A stretch of DNA of 53,207 bases from NCBI GenBank assembly GCA_035623585.1, contig DASPTE010000074.1:1-53207 (forward strand), read 5' to 3'. Shown in pieces: positions 48,870 to 53,207 of this stretch. The notes under the pieces are model-generated. The model saw only the letters and a program-made list of their open reading frames with translations. It ran no database searches and was not told the DNA's origin. The stretch's first letter is position 1. The number at the start of each line of letters is the position of its first letter. Source of the DNA: Steroidobacteraceae bacterium. GTDB lineage: Bacteria; Pseudomonadota; Gammaproteobacteria; Steroidobacterales; Steroidobacteraceae. The translations under genes were made by a program, and so were the position numbers.

Positions 48870-49580
48870 TTATTGTACGGGTCTCGGGCCAAACAGCACC
48901 GTACCGAGCCGTACGATGGTCGCTCCCTCGAGGACCGCGGCCTCGAAATCATCGCTCATGCCCATCGAGAGCGTGTCGAGCGGTGTGCGCAAGCTGACAG
49001 CGCCGTTGAGCTCATCGCGCAGCTCGCGCAGCCGGCGGAACCAGCCCCGCTGGCGCAGCGGATCAGTCTCAGGGGGCGGGATGCACATGAGACCCCGGAG
49101 CGCGAGGCGCTCGAGAGTGGCGACGCTCGCTGCGAGCGCCGGCAGCGCCGCAGGCAGGACGCCGCCCTTACTTGCCTCGCCGCCGAGGTTGACGGCGAGG
49201 CAGACGTTGAGCGGCGCCGCTTGCGGTGAGCGTTGCGCCGCGAGCCGCTCGGCGATGTGCATGCGATCGATGGCGTGCACCCAGCTGAAGCTCTCGGCGA
49301 TCGGGCGGGTCTTGTTCGCCTGTAGGCGTCCGACGAAGTGCCAGGTGAGAGCGCGGCTCGCGAGTTTTTCGATCTTCGCGAGCGCCTCCTGCAGGTAGCT
49401 CTCGCCGAAGTCCCTGAGGCCGCAATCGGCGGCCGCGTCAAGGAGTGCCACCGGCTGCGCCTTGCCGACGGCCAGGATTGTGACCGATTGCGCACTCCGC
49501 CCGGCCTCCTCGGCCGCCCGAGCGATGCGCATTCGCACCTCATGGATACGTTCGGGCAAATTCTGCGGACCCATTAACAT
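48870..49580 (-). CDS. yggS: YggS family pyridoxal-phosphate homeostasis protein
   Basis: VTILAVGKAQP (PLP lysine), HFVGRLQANK and LSMGMSDDFE motifs. Confidence 0.85.
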   Translation of the reverse strand: MLMGPQNLPERIHEVRMRIARAAEEAGRSAQSVTILAVGKAQPVALLDAAADCGLRDFGESYLQEALAKIEKLASRALTWHFVGRLQANKTRPIAESFSWVHAIDRMHIAERLAAQRSPQAAPLNVCLAVNLGGEASKGGVLPAALPALAASVATLERLALRGLMCIPPPETDPLRQRGWFRRLRELRDELNGAVSLRTPLDTLSMGMSDDFEAAVLEGATIVRLGTVLFGPRPVQ

Positions 49581-49684
49581 ATGGGACTTGTAACCCCTCC
49601 GCTATACTTCCGCCGCGCTTGAGGCTTTAGGCTGGCACGTCGCGGATCCCTGCCCCTTAAGTCGCGCCGTCCCAGGGAGCATCA

Positions 49685-50725
49685 ATGGCCGTTGATATCG
49701 CGCAACTGCTCGCTTTCGCCGTCAAGAACAACGCCTCCGACCTGCACCTCTCGTCGGGCGTGCCGCCGATGATCCGCGTGGACGGGGACATGAAGCGCAT
49801 CAACATGCCGGCGCTCTCCCACAAGGAAGTGCACGCCATGGTGTACGACATCATGAACGACAAGCAGCGCAAGGCGTACGAAGAATTCTACGAAACCGAT
49901 TTCTCGTTCGAGATTCCAAAGCTGGCGCGCTTCCGCGTCAACGCCTTCAACCAGAACCGCGGCGCCGGGGCGGTGTTCCGCAACATCCCCTCGCTCATTC
50001 TCTCACTCGATGACCTGAACGCGCCGAAGATCTTCCGCGACCTGTGCATGCTGCCGCGCGGCCTCGTGCTGGTCACGGGGCCTACCGGCTCGGGCAAGTC
50101 CACCACCCTCGCCGGCATGGTCAATCACTGTAACGACAACCGGCCCGATCACATCATCACGATCGAGGACCCGATCGAGTTCGTGCACGAATCCAAGCGC
50201 TGCCTCGTCAATCAGCGCGAGGTGCACCGCGATACGCTCGGCTTCAGCGAGGCGCTGCGTTCGGCGCTGCGCGAAGACCCGGACGTGATCCTGGTCGGCG
50301 AAATGCGCGATCTCGAGACCATCCGCCTCGCGCTCACCGCGGCGGAGACCGGGCACCTGGTGTTCGGCACCCTGCACACGAGTTCCGCGGCCAAGACCAT
50401 CGACCGCATCGTGGACGTCTTCCCGGGCGAGGAGAAGGACATGGTGCGCTCGATGCTCTCCGAATCGCTGCGCGCGGTGATCTCGCAGACGCTGCTGAAG
50501 AAGATCGGCGGCGGGCGGCTCGCGGCGCATGAGATCATGATCGGCAGCCCCGCCATCCGTAACCTGATCCGCGAGGGCAAGATCGCGCAGATGTACTCCG
50601 CCATCCAGACCGGCGGCGCACAGGGCATGCAGACGCTCGATCAATGCCTCTCGGAGCTCATGGCCAAGGGGCAGGTGAGCAAGGAAGAGGCGCGCTACAA
50701 GGCGCAGAACAAGGACGCGTTGTAA
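49685..50725 (+). CDS. pilT: type IV pilus retraction ATPase PilT
   Basis: Walker A GPTGSGKST, DVILVGEMRD, TGHLVFGTLHT and the PilT-specific AIRNLIREGK motif. Confidence 0.95.
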   Translation: MAVDIAQLLAFAVKNNASDLHLSSGVPPMIRVDGDMKRINMPALSHKEVHAMVYDIMNDKQRKAYEEFYETDFSFEIPKLARFRVNAFNQNRGAGAVFRNIPSLILSLDDLNAPKIFRDLCMLPRGLVLVTGPTGSGKSTTLAGMVNHCNDNRPDHIITIEDPIEFVHESKRCLVNQREVHRDTLGFSEALRSALREDPDVILVGEMRDLETIRLALTAAETGHLVFGTLHTSSAAKTIDRIVDVFPGEEKDMVRSMLSESLRAVISQTLLKKIGGGRLAAHEIMIGSPAIRNLIREGKIAQMYSAIQTGGAQGMQTLDQCLSELMAKGQVSKEEARYKAQNKDAL

Positions 50726-50746
50726 GAGGGGGTTTGGGGACGGCTC

Positions 50747-51901
50747 ATGGATCGCGACCAAGCAATCAAGCTGATGCAGGACCTGCTGCGGCGGGTGACC
50801 GAGAAGAAGGCCTCGGATCTTTTCATCACCGCCGGCTTCCCGCCGGCCATCAAGATCGACGGCGAGATCCGCCCGCAGAGCGAGCGCGCACTCACCGCCG
50901 AACAGGCCGCAACCCTCGTGCGCGCCATCATGAACGACCGGCAGACGAAGGAGTTCGATGCCACCAAGGAGGCGAACTTCGCGATCGCCCCGCAGGGCAT
51001 CGGCCGCTTCCGCGTGAGCGCCTTCGTGCAGCAGGCGGCGGTCGGCTGCGTCATCCGCCTGATCAACGCCAAGATCCCGACCTTCGAGGAGCTCGATCTG
51101 CCGCCGGTGCTCAAGGAGGTCGTGCTCTCGAAGCGCGGCCTCGTGATCCTCGTCGGCGGCACGGGCTCGGGCAAGTCGACGACGCTCGCGACCATGGTCG
51201 GCTACCGCAACGAGAAGACCCGCGGCCACATCGTCACCATCGAGGATCCCGTCGAGTACGTGCACACCCACAAGGGCTGCGTCATCACGCACCGCGAAGT
51301 GGGCGTCGACACGGAGTCCTGGCACAACGCGCTCAAGAACACCCTCCGTCAGGCGCCCGATGTCATCCTGATCGGTGAGATACGCGACCGCGAGACCATG
51401 GAGTACGGCATCCAGTTCTCGGAGACCGGGCACCTGGTGCTCGCGACGCTGCACGCGAACAACGCCAACCAGGCGCTCGATCGCATCGTCAACTTCTTCC
51501 CCGACGAGCGGCGCACGCAGCTGCTCATGGACCTCTCGCTCAACATCCGCGGGCTGATCTCCCAGCGCCTGATTCCACGCGAGGCGGGTGGCGGGCGCAT
51601 CGCGGCGATGGAGATCATGCTGAACTCGCCCCTCATTCAGGACCTGATCTTCAAGGGCGAGGTGGCCAAGATCAAAGACATCATGGGGCGCTCGACGCGC
51701 CTTGGAATGCGCACCTTCGACCAGGCGCTGTACGAGCTCTACGAGACCGGCTTCATTTCCTACGAGGATGCGCTGCGCAACGCCGATTCCAAGAATGAGC
51801 TGCGCCTGCGCATCAAGCTCGAGAGCAAGCGCGAGGTCAAGAACATCGACGAGGGCGGCCAGCTCGCGCTCGAGGAAACAGAGCAGGGTCGTAGCCTTTG
51901 A
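50747..51901 (+). CDS. pilU: PilT/PilU family type IVa pilus ATPase (PilU-like)
   Basis: GGTGSGKST, DVILIGEIRD and TGHLVLATLHA motifs. It lacks the AIRNLIRE motif (LIQDLIFKGE instead). Confidence 0.85.
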   Translation: MDRDQAIKLMQDLLRRVTEKKASDLFITAGFPPAIKIDGEIRPQSERALTAEQAATLVRAIMNDRQTKEFDATKEANFAIAPQGIGRFRVSAFVQQAAVGCVIRLINAKIPTFEELDLPPVLKEVVLSKRGLVILVGGTGSGKSTTLATMVGYRNEKTRGHIVTIEDPVEYVHTHKGCVITHREVGVDTESWHNALKNTLRQAPDVILIGEIRDRETMEYGIQFSETGHLVLATLHANNANQALDRIVNFFPDERRTQLLMDLSLNIRGLISQRLIPREAGGGRIAAMEIMLNSPLIQDLIFKGEVAKIKDIMGRSTRLGMRTFDQALYELYETGFISYEDALRNADSKNELRLRIKLESKREVKNIDEGGQLALEETEQGRSL

Positions 51902-53049
51902 GCACGGCGGCGGACAAAGTCGCGGAGGACAATCCGCAGCCGTCGGCTCTCGCCGATGCGGTGACCGAGGCGGTGACCTCCAAGCACCCGACCCTCAATA
52001 CCAAGCCGCTCTTCAAGCTGATGGTGGAGAAGAAGGCCTCCGACCTCTTCTTCACCGCGAATGCCCCGATCAAGATCAAGATCGAGGGGCAGATCATGCC
52101 TGTCAACAAGCAGATCCTGACTCCCGAGACCGTGCGCCAGACCGCCTTTGCGCTCATGTCGCCCCCGCAGCGCGAGTACTTCCAGCGCGAGTGGGAGCTC
52201 GATTTCGCGATCTCGGAGCCCGGGCTCGGGCGCTTTCGCTGCAACGTCTTCATGCAGCGCGGCTTCCCCGCCATGGTGCTGCGCTACATCACCGCCGACA
52301 TGCCGCGGCTCGATCTCCTCGGCCTGCCGCAGGTCACGCTCGATCTCACGATGCTCAAGCGCGGGCTGATACTCATCGTGGGTTCTACGGGTTCGGGTAA
52401 ATCCACCTCGCTCGCGGCGATGATCAACCATCGCAACGAGAACGCCGCCGACCACATCGTCACCATCGAGGACCCGATCGAGTTCCTGCACACCAACAAG
52501 CGCTCGATCATCAATCAGCGCGAGGTGGGGCTCGACACCAAGAGCTACGCGCGCGCGCTGCGCGGGGTGGTGCGCGCGGCGCCCGATGTGATCCTGATCG
52601 GCGAGGTGCGCGACAAGGACGGCATGGAGGCGGCGATCCACTTAGGCGGCACCGGGCATCTCGTGCTCGCGACCATGCACGCCAACAACTCCGCGGAGTC
52701 GCTCGATCGCATCATCAACATGTTTCCGAAAGAGCAGCACAGCCAGATACTGCTCGACCTCTCGCAGTACCTGCGCGCCATCATGTCGCAGCGGCTCGTC
52801 ATGGGTAAGGATCGCCGGCGCGTCGCCGCCGTGGAAGTGCTGATCAACACCCCGCACATCTCGACCCTCATCAAGAAGGGCGACGTCACCGGCTGCAAGG
52901 AGGCGATCGAGGCCTCGGGCGAGCGCGGCATCCAGAGCTTCGACCTCGCGCTCTTTCAGCTCTACAAGGCGGGCCGCATCAACATGGACGAAGCCCTCAC
53001 CCACGCCGACTCGCGCGCGAACCTCGAGGCCAAGATCAACTTCGGCTGA
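51898..53049 (+). CDS. second PilU-like PilT-family ATPase (third paralogue in tandem)
   Basis: GSTGSGKST, DVILIGEVRD and TGHLVLATMHA motifs. The TTG start overlaps the upstream stop (TTGA). The AIRNLIRE position reads HISTLIKKGD. Confidence 0.8.
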   Translation: MSTAADKVAEDNPQPSALADAVTEAVTSKHPTLNTKPLFKLMVEKKASDLFFTANAPIKIKIEGQIMPVNKQILTPETVRQTAFALMSPPQREYFQREWELDFAISEPGLGRFRCNVFMQRGFPAMVLRYITADMPRLDLLGLPQVTLDLTMLKRGLILIVGSTGSGKSTSLAAMINHRNENAADHIVTIEDPIEFLHTNKRSIINQREVGLDTKSYARALRGVVRAAPDVILIGEVRDKDGMEAAIHLGGTGHLVLATMHANNSAESLDRIINMFPKEQHSQILLDLSQYLRAIMSQRLVMGKDRRRVAAVEVLINTPHISTLIKKGDVTGCKEAIEASGERGIQSFDLALFQLYKAGRINMDEALTHADSRANLEAKINFG

Positions 53050-53063
53050 GTTCGCGGGCGCGC

Positions 53064-53207
53064 TCAGAACACCTGCAGCGCATCGAACACGGGTCCATCG
53101 ACGCACACCCGCTGCATCGTGGGCCCCGCGGGCGTCTCGACGCGCACCGCGCAGCCCATGCAGCCACCGACCGCGCACGCCATGAACTCCTCCAGCGACA
53201 CCTGGCA
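53064..53207 (-). CDS. C-terminal fragment of a PyrK-like 2Fe-2S electron-transfer subunit (FAD/NAD-binding oxidoreductase family); 5' part lies outside the window
   Basis: The minus strand translates to ...MACAVGGCMGCAVRVETPAGPTMQRVCVDGPVFDALQVF*. The C-x4-C-x2-C...C cluster is typical of the dihydroorotate dehydrogenase B electron-transfer subunit family. Confidence 0.55.
   Translation of the reverse strand, partial: CQVSLEEFMACAVGGCMGCAVRVETPAGPTMQRVCVDGPVFDALQVF

Noticed and set aside
49633-49650. TGGCAC upstream of pilT as a second sigma-54 promoter
   Set aside because: The -12 element is absent; the sequence five nt downstream is GGATC, not TTGCW.
50003-51454. 483-aa ORF antisense to pilT/pilU
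   Set aside because: Shadow ORF. The ATPase motifs are on the plus strand.

Overview
This is a high-GC proteobacterial (beta/gamma-like) chromosomal core region, densely packed with about 55 protein genes. All calls come from reading the ORF translations and the DNA by eye; no database search was run. Recognisable blocks include an M13 peptidase with hrpB and a carbonic anhydrase, then an ECF sigma/anti-sigma pair with a prolyl oligopeptidase. A detoxification cluster holds three GSTs plus ArsR-SRPBCC, followed by a lemA pair, an arylsulfatase and a PLP decarboxylase. The macromolecular-synthesis operon rpsU-yqeY-dnaG-rpoD sits next to tsaD-folB-folK, uppP and cca. Further on are degP-like and hsp20 genes and a split B12-dependent ribonucleotide reductase (nrdJa/nrdJb). 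Then come mltD, an L,D-transpeptidase, ppnN, an orphan ParA-like ATPase, htpG and an HU gene. The window ends with yggT-proC-yggS divergent from three tandem PilT-family ATPases. I see no integrase, transposase, CRISPR array, toxin-antitoxin pair or defence-type gene set, so I cannot support a new multi-gene protein system here. The two most unusual signals are RNA-level and invisible in the ORF track. (1) A tRNA(CAU) gene, probably tRNA-Ile2, at 17896..18210 (-) is split in its anticodon loop by a 242-nt group I (Azoarcus-like IC3) intron. (2) An exact sigma-54 -24/-12 promoter match lies about 175 nt upstream of a strong orphan intrinsic terminator at 37866..38067 (-), predicting a GGA-rich non-coding RNA. 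Lesser items are a LemA-linked membrane protein with a canonical EF-hand, unusual NrdR-box spacing with a 29% GC tract upstream of nrdJ, the ParA-like ATPase flanked by small orphan ORFs, and the third PilT paralogue.
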